A DNA stretch of 63,524 bases, the filler included, from Sphaeroforma arctica JP610 (taxonomy: Eukaryota): NCBI RefSeq assembly GCF_001186125.1. It is 9 parts of 2 records of this genome, joined end to end, with 100 filler letters (N's around TTAATTAATTAA, not from the genome) between each part and the next. Parts side by side here need not be neighbours in the genome. Positions count along the whole stretch, not along the records: positions 44,625 to 50,242 come from NW_014040543.1; positions 50,343 to 58,847 come from NW_014040543.1; 7 more parts are not named here. One strand, written 5' to 3'. Below are positions 44,931-58,615 of the stretch, piece after piece (position 1 is the stretch's first letter; the number at the start of each line of letters is the position of its first letter). The translations under genes were made by a program, and so were the position numbers. Under the pieces are notes generated by a model. That model worked only from the letters and a program-made list of their open reading frames with translations. It was not told the DNA's origin and did no database searches.

Positions 44931-47177
44931 GGTCTAGCCTCATACCCGATCGTGGTGGAAGAACTGTCCAAGAAGAAGAAAGACCCCAAGAAGTTGCTTG
45001 AGCTTGATGTTTGGGTTAGTGAGACTCTTCCTGCTACGATCAAATCTCGAAGTGATACGCACATGTCAAAGGCTGAGATCTCCAAAATGACCACGTGGAA
45101 ATTAATGGTATGTACTTATGCTCGGATAGGTCATGGATGAGGACCTATAGCAGAATGCCGAGAACAGTGTCAAAAATATATGCTTCGTACGAACTACGAC
45201 ATCGAAATCAGTCGCTCGAAGTTTTGGGTGTTTTATTATCGAGCATCATTCCGTCCAATGCTTGCGGCTAACTTGCTGCACCCATGTTATGCAGCAAGCA
45301 CCATTAATTACGATACCCATTTTTACATCAGAAAATAGATTGCAATGTGCTGTGTCACATGTATGCGTGATGTACACAAACGCTTCTTACATCATGGAAA
45401 CATTTACACAAATGCTACTTACATCATGGAAACGTTTACACAAATGCTTCTTACATCATGAAAACATTTCTGGCAGATGATACCTGTGATAAGCCACCTG
45501 CTAAGTATACTTAAAAATCTTTTAATCTGACAGAGAGGTAAATTTAGGCCGCGGCTGCAAAATCTTGTTGATTCTAACGATGAAAAGGTATGCCCTGCTT
45601 GTTTTATCACACTCCACTGAAGGTGACATCTCGAATTGAATTACCAAGCTACTGGTGTTTATTCTACTAGGAGTATATATTCTGGTCATATGATTTACGA
45701 CAGCAATACCATGTACATTCGTGTACTTTACTACATTATCTCGCGACAAGTAATCGTAAGGCATGGACAGAGTTCATGCACCTGCATCGGATGGAGCGCC
45801 GCTGTTTTGATAGCAACTAGCGCTCTTTGATTGTGTATTTCTCGAAATCCGCAGGATATTATCGCGGCAACGAAGAAAGCGGCATCAGTCTCTCTACCAG
45901 GGTCTACAAAGGAAGCAATAACCGCCCTGACGACACTGAAAGGCATCGGACCTGCTACCGCTAGTGGTAGGTTTTGCATTTAGTGTGTGCAGGACAAGAG
46001 TTATGTACGGTGGCTGTGCGATGTGTAGCAACTGTAAACTACACCTAAAAAAACACATTACGCCGGTATGTTTAGTGCGCAATAGGCCTAGTTTGTGCAT
46101 TGTACTTACTTTATCGTAAAATAGCGCGTACACAGTGAAATTTGACATTATTGTGCCTAGATCACATAAGCTCGTTGGATTCAAGTTTGTTCCGACTTCA
46201 GCGCATATTAGTTACACCTTTCCTACAACTTTACATCATTTATCCATAACCAGCTGCGCTGTGCGCGTTGTCAAATGGAAATGTACCTTTCATGTCTGAT
46301 GAGGCCGTGATGGCAGTTCTGGGGCAAACAAAGATAGACTATAATATCAAGACCTATATGGAGTATGCAGTACGAATGGATGCGAAAACTAAGGAGCTGA
46401 ACACGCTGATATCAAAGCAAGGTAAGAGTTTTCGTTGTGATCCAGAACCAAATGTTTTAACGTAAGTGACAAGCATCCTTATGAAATCTATGCCCATTTA
46501 GGCTTCTGTATAGACAATCTCCCCAGATAGATTTATTTTGCTATGTAGTGATACTATTTTATTATTATCTACGTTCAGACAGCACATGGACCTCGCACAT
46601 GGTAGAGAAAGCAATGTGGGCGACGGAGAACGCAAAGAAAATGGGCGTGGATATTACTGGCGTCAAGGTAGGGTTATATGCTTTCATTCCTAGTTTGTGC
46701 TGCTTCTTACGCATCTCATTTCAATACTTGACTATCAGCGAAGTTTAATACTGCCGAAGGGGTTATTGTTTTAGTACTTCGGATATATGTCATGTGTATT
46801 TGAATCAGACTGCCCAGCCATGTCACAGACGTTTTTCGGATATTCACAATATTCCACATTGTGATTCTGATTGTCTTTCCACCATATCCATTTATTACAC
46901 ATAGGTGAGCAAAGACGGTGTCCAGCACCGCAAACCTGAAGAGGAAACACAAATACTATCGAAGGACCCGTCGCAAATAGCCGCAGAAGACAAAACTGAG
47001 CCTACGCCAAAACAGGTGAAAGCACAAGGGAAAAAAAATGAAGCAGTCAAACAATCTGAAGCGAAGACAGAACAATCACAGGTAGCACAGAATTCAGCCT
47101 ACCCCACGCGACGAACGTCTAAGCGCCAATCAGAAGCTCAGTTGGCAGCTAAGGCCGCGAAGAAGGCAAAGCAGTAA
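44931..47177 (+). CDS. Amun-like helix-hairpin-helix DNA-glycosylase-fold protein; 5' end uncertain
   Basis: Exons: LLELDVWVSETLP..MSKAEISKMTTWKLM | RGKFRPRLQNLVDSN | AITALTTLKGIGPATAS | PFMSDEA..DYNIKTY | WTSHMVEKAMW | Lys/Gln-rich tail to TAA at 47177. WKL.RGKFRPRL, LKG.GPATAS and PFMSDE are characteristic of the family containing Drosophila Amun. Confidence 0.85.
45374..45468. repeat. Intronic ~31-32-bp tandem repeat x3
   Basis: acacaaa(c/t)gcttcttacatcatggaaacattt repeated three times. Confidence 0.85.
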
Positions 47178-48640
47178 ATCGAACATGTATCTTCAGAAGA
47201 ACGGGCTTCTGGACGCTTTTAATAAAGATTTAGGAATTTAGCTGATCTATATCGGGTAGTAGAATACGATTTAAAGTATACCCCCCTTGTTGCTAACTGT
47301 GTGATGGTGTTGAACAGGAGCCTAGTGTAGGTGTGCATTATCGATACATTGTAGCTGCTTTTCTCCCTTTTTTTATCGGTTGGCAATTTCAAATTGCAAG
47401 TGGTGATCATTCCCCCTTCTTTGCCCAACTGAATTGCAATCGGGTAGGTTCATGTACAGTGTAGCATATTTGTGTGTATTTTGGAAAACAAGGCTGGCAT
47501 GTGCACATGTATTGGCGTGTGATGGTTGTTACGGAATATTTGTGGTAGATTCATGCGTTCCTATCTAAATACATCTCTAGAAGGCACGTGTACGGAACTA
47601 TATAACCAACAGCATTATTGTTATCTGTCCGCACTGCGAAATACCCGCCCGGTCGGAAATAAGCAGTTCTTTCCATGCTAATCAACCCGTCGTATTAAAG
47701 TATCAAAACTCTGAGAAGCACATCTTTTTAGGGTGGTCGAATTAGTAACAGAAAACTCTTGCCTTCTATGCTTCCACTACCTATATCATCGATATGAATG
47801 ATGCAAGGCAACCTTTATAAAATATATATAGCATACAGCGTGCTTTGCATACGGCTTTTTATACATGCCCAGAGCAGCAGGCAGCAGACAGCAGGTATAC
47901 AATCTACAATCACATAGGTCTACACTCTACAGTCTCCGCCATACAGCACAGGGGGGCCGGTGGCGGTGTACACAGTATTGTGAATTTTTTTATCGCTTTT
48001 TGCCAAATTATGTTTTACCGGTCGCTTCTCATTGGACTATATCGCCATCATGATTTTTGATGGAATTGAAAGAAAGAGCGGCAGATTTGGGAGCTGAAAT
48101 CCAAGATATGAACACTCCATTGGGCCGCTAATCGCATTCTACAAATAGAATATAAATCGGATAAAGTGCTTGAAAGTGGAACTTTTTGAAAGTGAATCAT
48201 CGAATTTGACCCATATTTCATAGGTCTGTGTACTTTAGAAACTATTTAGGGCCGATTACGGTACAAAATGGCGGCGTGATGAATTGGTTTGTATTTAGTT
48301 TGGCATACAACGCAAATCGGTATTAGCACACACTCAACCCCGACGACATATGTAACAATCACAGCCTGCTTAAGATACATATAGCAGAGAGTGTAGCCTT
48401 ACTGAGCTCAAAGTGAAGATTTTCATACTGCTTTGTCACATCAGTATACTGTGACGCGAGCAATCACGCATACGTGTGTATCTGTGGTTATCTGTCGAAA
48501 CGAAACTGTTGGTGACAACGTTTGCACTGCTGTTCGTACCATTAGCTCCGTCCTGGCCGACATCCTTTATTTGTATAGAATACGCATATACTAGTGCTTA
48601 CTATAGCTTTTTAAGGGATCGATGCATGTTTTAGTCATCC

Positions 48641-49579
48641 ATGTTGGGGGAATCTCTCCCATCCAGCCCTGCCTCTCCTGGTAGAGAGCTGGAGCAAGCT
48701 GCGCACAGAAGCACACAGCAGACGTCTTCGTCACCAATGTACGATGCACCCGCCAGTGTAAGTGTAAGTGTTCCCGCGCAGATATTGCGTGTGGTTATGA
48801 AGTCGCCGCGCAAGTCCCAAGCGGCTCAGGTGTCTCACGTGACAGCTAGCGTCCACGTGGATGATACGGGTAGTACAGGTGGTAGTAGCATACCACATGA
48901 AAGTACAAGCGCACGCACTCGCGCATCGTCCGACGCGATAGCGGCTGTTCAGGGAGATACACTGAACGTAGGCTGTGAGGAACATACAGGTTCAACCCAG
49001 CATGAGGGCAGTACCTATACTATAGTCGTATCGCAGGATAGCGTAAAGGCTGTTGCTGATGGCGAGATGAGCGATAGTGATGTGTCACGGTCACATGAAG
49101 AACCTGCGTCTCGGCGCAGCGATCGCAAGAAGAGGGCCCGGCGTAAGGTGGCTGTCACGAATGCAACACCCTCCATAAAGTCGCAGTCTCAGTCTCAGTC
49201 ACAAGCAGAGTCAGCAACAAGTGTTTGTGGAGCCGATCAGACGGAAGATGAGGGTAGAGACAAGTCGACCGGGGCTGATGACAAACAAAGAGTACAGGCG
49301 AACGCGAACGGGCTGACTATGAACGATGTAAACGAGCCCTTACCAGCTCAACCTGAACCGAATGTGGTGGCTACAACGGCTTCGATTGCGGATTCCCACA
49401 CATCCGTCTCGAATTGCAAACGTGTTCCTGGAGCGAAAGATGTATGCACAGCTGCATGCAAAGCTGTGTGTGCTAATGCATGCAAAGGGTCATCAACGTG
49501 TAAGAAAGGTGGAGAACGAAGGACCAAATCATCATGGACAGTGGATGAGAATAAGCTGTTTTTCGAGTCCTTCCTCAAG
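48641..49579 (+). CDS. First exon of a SANT/Myb-domain chromatin protein (CRAMP1/MIER/BDP1-like); remainder lost in a gap
   Basis: Long Ser-rich low-complexity frame with a basic NLS-like patch (RKKRARRK), ending RRTKSSWTVDENKLFFESFLK|gtttgt, which is helix 1 of a SANT/Myb repeat. Confidence 0.6.
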
Positions 49580-49839
49580 GTTTGTATAATATTTTTTGTT
49601 TGTTTTTGCATATGCCGTATTCCTGTCCTGTAGCGATATTTGTTTGTCTTTGTTGTGAAAATATGTTGCTTTTTAGAACAGTAGATCGACTCGCGCGTAG
49701 TTTTTACCGCAGTAACTTATAGGTTCCAATATTTTGCGATAACAACAGATATGTATGCTTGTCTGAATATTATATGTTTGTGACAGCATTTGTGACTTTC
49801 TATGACTATGGGTAAATTACACTACTGCCTACTTATGAT

Positions 49840-49936
49840 ATATATGTATATATACATATATATATATATGTATACATATATATGTGTGTGTGTGTTTATG
49901 TATGTATGTATGTATATATGTATGTATGTATGTTTG

Positions 49937-49971
<35 letters not shown>

Positions 49972-50128
49972 GTGTGTATGTGTGTGTGTATGCGTGTGTG
50001 TGTATATATATATATATTTATGTGTGTGTCTGTCTGTGTCTGTCAGAGAAAGAGAGAGTGAAAGAATGTGTGTATGTATCTATGTATCTATGTATCTGTG
50101 TATGTGTGTATGTATGTATCTATGCATA

Positions 50129-50222
<94 letters not shown>

Positions 50223-50242
50223 TATATATATTATATTATTAT
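49840..50242. repeat. (TA)n/(TG)n/(TATG)n microsatellite tract before a gap
   Basis: Direct inspection. Confidence 0.95.
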
Positions 50243-50371
50243 NNNNNNNNNNNNNNNNNNNNNNNNNNNNNNNNNNNNNNNNNNNNTTAATTAATTAANN
50301 NNNNNNNNNNNNNNNNNNNNNNNNNNNNNNNNNNNNNNNNNNTAACAAGAATTTATAATTGGTGACCATAC

Positions 50372-50559
50372 CTTGCATGGAAGTCAACGATAACCGGGCG
50401 TTCATTACTCGTCTGCAGAACCGTTTCCTCGAAATCTGATTCCGTCACGTCGAACGCAATAGACTGGGTAGGGGTGCACAGGCCACGCTTGGCCATATGA
50501 AATGTGGGACTGATACCTGTCCGGGCAATTGGGATACGCAATATGGCAGCACGAAGCAT
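50372..50559 (-). CDS. First exon of a mitochondrial-type thioredoxin (TXN2-like); remainder lost in a gap
   Basis: Arg-rich presequence MLRAAILRIPIARTG..., then FDVTESDFEETVLQTSNERPVIVDFHA|gtatgg, the thioredoxin strand just before WCxxC. The active site itself is not visible. Confidence 0.75.
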
Positions 50560-51855
50560 GTTGTGTATGTATGTATGTTAACTTGTATAAAACAACGGAT
50601 GTCTGATGGACGTTCCTGTTTGCCTTTGCTTATATATATTTTAATATCACTCCCAGGGGCAAGAGTACGTATGTGTATTTTCCCCCAAAAAAAAATTTGT
50701 ATCATATACTCTTCGTGCGAGTCATGATCTTTCCCACTGTAAATTTGTATACACGTATTTTAATATTTACAGTCATGACCAGACTCACCACTTCGGCACT
50801 TCCTCAGTGTAAACTTCTGGCTGTTCACCACTGTTTTGTTTTTTTTTACAAATACGAAAACAAATATACGCTTAGGGCCTTTTTGTTTCTTTTTAAAAAC
50901 AAAAAATGACAACACATGCATATGTAAAATATGTGCATAGGTTCACGGCCCTCTGGATAGGGTCTCGAGCGGAAATCGCGGTTTCTCTCTACAACAATCG
51001 AAAATTTAGCAGAGACCCAAATCCAGAGAGCCGTGATAGGTTCAACGTTTCTATTTTTAAATATCGACAATCTTTAGGAAGTTCATAAACATATAGGACG
51101 TCCGTTTATAGTTCTCATAATAGATTGACTTTTCCAGTCTTTTCTCCCGTATACATGGTTCGGATAATATTTGAACCCCAACTCCCCAAGTGACCTGAAA
51201 ATGTAGCTCTGACGCCTGACGGCCTGACTCCTAATTCAAATGTCGGGTCGCTATTAGGCCCAGGCCCCAGGCCCCAGGCCCCCAGCCCCCAGGGCCCTGC
51301 TGCTGTCTGACTGTCTCTCTATATAGTTTTATAGAGCACATACATAGCCCCCTCTAAAATGATATTTTATTTAAATATTTTAACCCCAGCCCCAGCGGTC
51401 CCAGCGACCCAGTCACCCAGCCCGGACGAGCCCGCCCGCCCCCGTCTAGTTACAAAAACCCCGTGCAACCATTCCCGAAAATAAACTTTTTCACCATTTT
51501 TTTTGTAAAAGCAATAGGGAATGATGAGGCGATGAATGACCGAATGGGTCAATGGGCCCGTGAGGCTGTGAGTGCGAGGTTGTAACTGTGAGGCTGTGAG
51601 TGCGAGGCTGTAAGTGATGACCCGATCGGCTGATCGGCTGATCGAGCTGATGTGTGAGGGAGTGATAGGTCTATGTCAAAGTGACATTTTTTTGGACAAT
51701 GTGTATATTATATAAAATATTCGGAGGTTACTATTACATGAATATTTACGAAGTTACATACCTTGAATTTCTCTATACATCCCAGCCTCACTATCCGCGT
51801 ACGTTACAACGGCAGTCGTATACCACTCAGTACTCACGATAACACTGTGGTCATC

Positions 51856-53946
51856 ATGTCGACCAAACCACTCGATAATGAGGCCCCTACAATGCACCAG
51901 AAGACTGGTGAGCGTGCACTGTCGCACGCTGACTACGACGACGAGGTCGAGGATGTGATTGACGAGCGAGAGATTTTCGGTATGTGTATTTTAGTTATAA
52001 GCGTGGTGTATTCCTTGTGATTTGATATATGTGCTAGATATCTAAAACGTGTATATTGAAAGCTTATATATCCATCCTGATTTAGTTTAATGTTGGACAA
52101 AGTGCTTAGTTTATATGTCGCCGTGTTAGACAGACATAAATGTTGAAAACTGATGTTTGAAGTTGTGGTTTGCCCACCGAATTATGCATCTAGTTGTTCA
52201 GTATCACACATATAAAAGTTTTTTTTATCAAGGATTACGGAATTAAACCAGGAAGTAGTCGTGTTAGAACTATTTGAACGAGAGAGAAAATGTTTGCAAG
52301 TCTATAGATTATATGTAAAGCTCAGCTGTATAAATATCAAGTGTATCGTTTAAGCAAGCTTACACGTGTCTGTGTCTAGTTTGACTGTCCAATGTACTGA
52401 TGACTGCAAGCTTGGTCACCTGTTGTAAGTGAAATCAGCGCCTATTTAAAGTAGAGTGCCCTTGTGTAGATAATCTCACAGTGGTTGTGGCGAAACTTCT
52501 AGTCAACACTACTGTTATCCGGAAATTTTTGCAAGCCATTGCATAGTTAAAATTCTCGGCATCTATTACTGTGCTCTCCAGTTATAGAACATTGAATTTC
52601 CCTGCGCAAGCATTGGTTTCTGTATTCTCGTGGAAATCCCACGTCACACACGTTTGTATTGGCTCTGTGAGCTTGAATTGGACTACGATGCCAAAAACCG
52701 CGTTTAGAGAATTGATCTCTATATCGTACTTTACAGTTGTCTCTGTGTAGAGGCTATAGATGCTGCTGCTTGTGTCTATGGCTGACTGTGTTCCAGGGCT
52801 ACTCGAATCGATTAGATGTGACATTTTCAACCACAATTCCCGTGAGTATATATATGGAACATATCTATCTCGCGCTAGTAGCAATAACTTTTCGTATACT
52901 GATAATTAATATGTCACTGCCGCCACAGACATCATCCGGATGATCACTGACCCAGAACATCCAAATTCGCTGGAAGAGCTGGGTGTAACAAATCTGGAGC
53001 ACATCGAGGTGTGTTTAACACAGTACGCACGCAGCGAGTTCAATTGATATATGTATCCCAGTATAGCCTGTGTATTTATAGTTAGTAGGACCTGCATCTC
53101 GCCTGTGCTTTTGTTCTAATTATTCCTCCTCGATTGGTTTGCTTCATTTCTGTCCCTACTTGGTCGCATGTCTATCTAATGCATATCAAGTTTCGTAATT
53201 TGTATACCCTCTAATATTTTACCACTGTTTATTGGTTCGAAAAACATTTAATTTTAAATGCCAAACCGCGCACTATTTTTGTTTGCTTGTCCTTGGGGTA
53301 TGTGTATTTTTGTTCGTATCCCTCATTCGTGGGAGTTAACCTCTTAAATCTCATGGTCAACGTTTTCGTTGAACAGATTGACCTCGCTAGTAAGTGTGTG
53401 GCGGTGGAGTTTACTCCCACCATCCCTCACTGTTCCATGGCGAGTCTGATAGCACTGAGCATCCGTACGCGCTTAATCAGATCCTTGCCGATTGGGTATA
53501 AGATCGATGTCCGGGTGAGAGCAGGAACACATGCCTCGGAGAGATCAGGTATTTTTTCCCAATTAGTGCTCAAATGTTTCTCCGTGTGCAAAGGGCAGCT
53601 GCAATTTTGACATTGAATTTTGGACTGTATGAGGGGTACGGCGTTGAGTTCGAGAAACGGTTAATGACTGTTGTATCTACACGCTGCAAATAATTTGGAA
53701 GCCGAAGCTATGGGTGTTTCAAGTGCAAATACAAAATAGCGTGATTTGGTGTAGCGTTGAGAACATGGTGTTTATGTATGTCTGCTCGTCTTTTACTTGT
53801 GAGTCGTGTGTTGTGCGTCTTTCTCATGTTTCTTTTATTTCTTCTCACTAGTGAACAAACAGGTGAATGACAAAGAGAGAGTAGCGGCCGCTCTAGAGAA
53901 CAGCCATCTCATGGATGTTGTGAATCAGTGCTTGACCACCATTTGA
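51856..53946 (+). CDS. CIAO2B: Cytosolic iron-sulfur assembly component 2B (MIP18/FAM96B/Cia2), 4 exons
   Basis: [17 protein letters not shown] | [20 protein letters not shown] | [37 protein letters not shown] | [28 protein letters not shown] (TGA 53944-53946). Confidence 0.95.
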
Positions 53947-54023
53947 GACCGCATCTGGAAAACACGATACTCGAAACCGAACCGTTCCATCGGAGGGCTC
54001 TTGTGTCTGGATAAAATCTCCAG

Positions 54024-57000
54024 TCATGTGTTTTTAATGGGACAGTATGCGCGTGCACCTCGCCGTGCAATATTCCCACCGATATGCAGTCCAATTACCG
54101 TCTTCCATTGACCATGATGAACTTTATCCATCCAATGTTGTTCTGACGCAACTATTGGGATCGTTGAAGTGGTTTTTACGAGTTTTGCCGTTGAATTGTC
54201 AGTGTTTCTACACTTGAGCTCGCTCACGGCTCTACAGTATCTCTTTCTAACCATGGTACGGCGGACCTTAAAGCGTCGGTTGATCAGACTGCTTCCATTG
54301 TGCTCGATAAATCGGTTGCACTTTCAGCAAGCTTCCTCGGGTATTCAGCGTTCTTCCATGAAATCAAAAAGGGGTACCGATAAAAACAGTGAGGCCGATG
54401 CAGCCTTGAGCTCTGCTCACAGTCCTGTACCTGCACTGCTCAGCGCTCATCGTGATACTTTAAACATAACTATGTTACCAGCGTGCTTTTAGAGTATGAG
54501 ATAAGTAATAAAACTTTAATGCGTGTGACTCCAGGGACTATGCAATGCCATATTAGCTTACATGTAGGTGCTTTTTCGATTGATCTATATTCGTACTAGA
54601 GTAATACATATTTACAGTGCCCGGGCGAAGTACGATAGAATTTGTAGAATGAAGCAGTGTATGACAATTAAATCATGGGGCCCTCATTCATATGTACAGA
54701 GGTACTATTAGGCGGCGGTCAGGCACATTGATATTATTGACATGTTCATGTAATTGAGTGATATCCTATTTTTGTTTACTTTCGCTCTAGTCAAAAGGTT
54801 TCAGATCGACCACCGAAGTTGATACTACCGTCTGCTTGTATGATAGTCGGCTATCTAAAATATGCCAGTGTGATCGTGCATCCGCATATAAAAAGTATCT
54901 GTTAAATTTAAAAATTCCGGCAAGAATTGGAATCTACTGTACAGTATTACATTAGAATATTGTGATAATGAGAATTTCGATTGTCATTTTACGCCAGATT
55001 GCAGCTCTGTTATGCATTAGCAGACCTTGACATAAACAGACTTACAACTGGCCTAGCGCTTCAATTATACTTCATGAACTGGTATCTGCTAGATACACTC
55101 AGACAACTTTGCAAACCACAGTGACTCACTAAAGAGCTCTGTGACCATGGTGCAAACATGAGCTGGCGTTGATATTTGCCCCTATTTTATTTATTTGCTT
55201 GGATACTTTCGATTTTTCCGTATCATGGTATCAACATTTCCATGGAATCTAGCAGCTGAAGTTGTACAATTCAGACACTAAATATGCGTGGGTCTGGAGA
55301 TAATATTCTTACAGCCAGAAAATTCTAATTACTCGGTCATTTGCGTGATTAGCGTTTTTAGAAAGATGTATCTTTCGCGTATTGTCGTCTTTTGTGTCTG
55401 TCCCAACTGTTTTGGAGCTCATATTTAACTTTTGATCTCTCCACACTTCCACATTATACAGTACGTCTGGGTGCATCTATATTACGGTAATATGACCAGT
55501 AACGACAGTGCTGCTATTGGTAGGCCCATTTTCCGGTTGTGATGAACAGTCGAGTAATATGATTCAGACTCGCGTTTCTGTCATCATTTTCATTTTGACA
55601 ATTCCTGCCGACAGCAGCACAGTATTCCATACACAGTATTCCATGCCCCATTTAAAGGATACCCTATGTAGATTAATATGATAAAACCGCAAGGCCTGTT
55701 GGTTTTCGACCAGCTACATTTAAAAGTGTGAAGTATCCAAAAAAAAAAACTTCAGCACTTGCTAGTTATTGAGATACTCGTTCAATCCAAACCGCCTCCA
55801 AATCTACCTTTCCTGAAATGTGTTGCATTGAATTGGTACGATGGTAGGGCTCCTGTGCGTATCACAGCGTCAGGTGCCGATCTCTCTCCTCCCTTGCAGA
55901 TTATACAATACAGACGGGTATTTTATCACGGTAGCATTGTAAATGTCGGCTACTCTGCTCTCGGTAGGTTCATTGCTTTCAACATGCAGAACGATTCTCT
56001 TTATCACAGAACTGTTCTCGGGCTATACGGTTTTTATGCCATACTGAGACGATTGTCCATTACCGAGCATTCTTGTATACCGAAAAGCTAAGATACTTGC
56101 TAGTATACTTTATTATTGGCCTATTTACTAGACACTGTAAAGAGGAACACAACTCAAGAAAGGCTGAGCAATTGCTACTAATAACATAGAAAAAGTTTTT
56201 TTAAGGGGCATCAGAAGAAATAAAATATTGCGCTTGGAACTTAATGTAGAAGTTGATCCAACCGCTCATTCCAGTCATGAAGGCCGCCAAATGAAATTGA
56301 GAAGAGCGGGAGGCATTCACCGCTAATAGGGTCCTATGCGAAATAGCGGGGGCAACTATGTAGCTAACCCAAAGGATTTGCCTGATTACACGAGTATGAA
56401 CCAGAATTCTAGTATCAGATTTATGCCAATCTGCCAAACCGGTACAACTCGGAGCAAAAGCAATCAACAGCCAGCATCCCGAACATTGCAGTGAAATAAG
56501 TTCAGGACCTCCATCCCGCGCAACCGGGAATAACACATCGCATAAAACCAATCAAGGCCAGACTTTAATGCGAAAAGGGGGAAATGAAAGATCTTGTCCC
56601 AACTATCAGTTGTATTGGGACTCTAGCTATAGATGTATTTATGTACATATACATATACATATATATATNNNNNNNNNNNNNNNNNNNNTGTAGCTCGGCC
56701 CGAATAAGTCCTCTGCAAAAGACGACCGTAAGGTGACGAGGCAACAAAGACATGAAACCCAGAAACCCAGAGCACTACACAGTGACAGATCAAACGAATG
56801 CTTGCGCAGCTTAGGACCCCATCGTAGAAACAGTCCACATAGGACACCATAATTGTTGCACTTTCAGTGCGTGCATTGAAGATACCTGAAGAATCATCCC
56901 AACCATGTTACAGGGGCGGGAGCAAGCACTGGTTGACTTTACTCTGCACGTTAACCCATTTTTGTTTCACGGCTCGTGCTTTACCGAATAGTGTGTCAGC

Positions 57001-57910
57001 CGTGTCAACTTACTTTGCATAGCAATTATTAGTTACTGTTGAATACATATTTATTACAAAAATTTTAACTGTTACATACCTAGTATTGACAAATATGTCA
57101 GATATTCAACAAGAAATTGAGTATCATACGATATTGTCCCAAACCCCAAATTTCGCAATGTCAACTGAAAATACCCATTTAACGCATAAAACTGCAAACC
57201 GTGGTGTGTAGTGACATCCCAAATTTGAGTTCGCTGAACCTCTTCGCTGTATATTGGTAATTTAGTAGTATGGATGCTGACTATACATCAGAGCTTGTAT
57301 ACCAGAACCTCACAATACTCAAATCATTATGCGCATTACGTCAACTGTTCCTATGGTATTCGTGGATTATTCCATATGGTATCGAGCACAAAGTGGCAAC
57401 TTGTACTTACCTTATATTGTCTTCGTCATCTATGTTTCTGGTAGACCTGACCGAGTGCGGCTATAAGGAAAGAATTTTCGTAACCCGTGCAGTGAGACTT
57501 CATACCCGTGCCTCACCGAGAGAGGGTAGAGACTGTTCTGTTGGTGTATGAGCTTAAACCATTTCATGTAACATTGTCAATAGAGGGTTGTTTGGTGTCG
57601 CAGGTCGACGGTGTCGACGGTGCAGATACAGTCGCAGATGATGTGGTGGTATAGCTGCTATAGTTGAGGTAGAGCTCTTTGAAGGGGGGAGGGTGGGAGT
57701 ATTTGACCTTCAAGTGGTGAGCTAGCCTGGGCCTAGAGAGAAAGACGTAATTGCCCTTGTCAGTTTCTGGATAGAGATCCTAGCTTGACTTTGTTCTGGT
57801 TTGTTCTGGCTTGAGCACGTTGGTTTGGGAGGTGTTGGCCTGTCAGATGTGTCTGCATCGGAATCAGTAGATTCATATGTTTCGATCAATTCGTCCCCCA
57901 CGTTTCCCAT
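54024..57910 (-). pseudogene. Possible decayed multi-exon gene
   Basis: Exon-like blocks bounded by AG/GT (PHSVRSTRNIDDEDNI ~57411-57460; EEVQRTQIWDVTTHHGLQFYALNG ~57175-57247; GGERSAPDAVIRTGALPSYQFNATHFRK ~55808-55892) and an ATG-led ORF 57722-57910. In-frame stops interrupt every reconstruction attempted. No family recognised. Confidence 0.25.
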
Positions 57911-58243
57911 TGATTTCTAATGTAAGCTACAAAATGTGTAGCGGTAGAAGTCGAAGAGTGTAAAGTGTAAACGCAAAGCGAGTGGGTGTTTTTGTGTACA
58001 CTATTTGTATACATTAATTTACCCCCCAGTTTATACCCCAGTAAATATGTAGGTAATATTTGTTCTCTAGGGAGACTATTAAATACACTCTTTTTAGACT
58101 CTTTTAGAGTTTAGACTTAAGTGCTGAGGCCCGAGTGCTGAGTCTTCTGACTGCTGCAGCCTGCGCTGCTGTCCCCGTATCGATCCTCATAGGCTCTTTC
58201 CACTCTCTCCCTCTCTCTCTCTCTACTACTACTACTACTACTC

Positions 58244-58274
<31 letters not shown>

Positions 58275-58528
58275 TATAGTTATTTAGTCAGTTAATAAAT
58301 AGTCACAACTCACAAGTTCCTTGATTTTTTTTGGGTTTTATTAAATTAAAATAACCCTGTGGACTCTGGAGGTTATTTTTATATAAATACATGCCCTCTG
58401 GTGAAATTGATCATTTTCTACGAGACCCCGTTGATCCAGAGGGCCATGATATTGAATTAGCCAATGAACTGTAGATATGCCGTACAAATTTATGCACCAG
58501 AGTGGGGTCATATAGCCTCAGACTCGCG

Positions 58529-58615
58529 TGACTGGGGAGTGGACTGTCGACTGGGGAGTGGACTGGGGAGACTGGGGAGACTGGGGAGACTGGACTCTGG
58601 AGACTCCAGACTGGA
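58529..58615 (+). repeat. 9-bp GACTGGGGA tandem array (G4-capable)
   Basis: gactggggagtggactgtcgactggggagtggactggggagactggggagactggggagactggactctggagactccagactgga. Confidence 0.85.
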
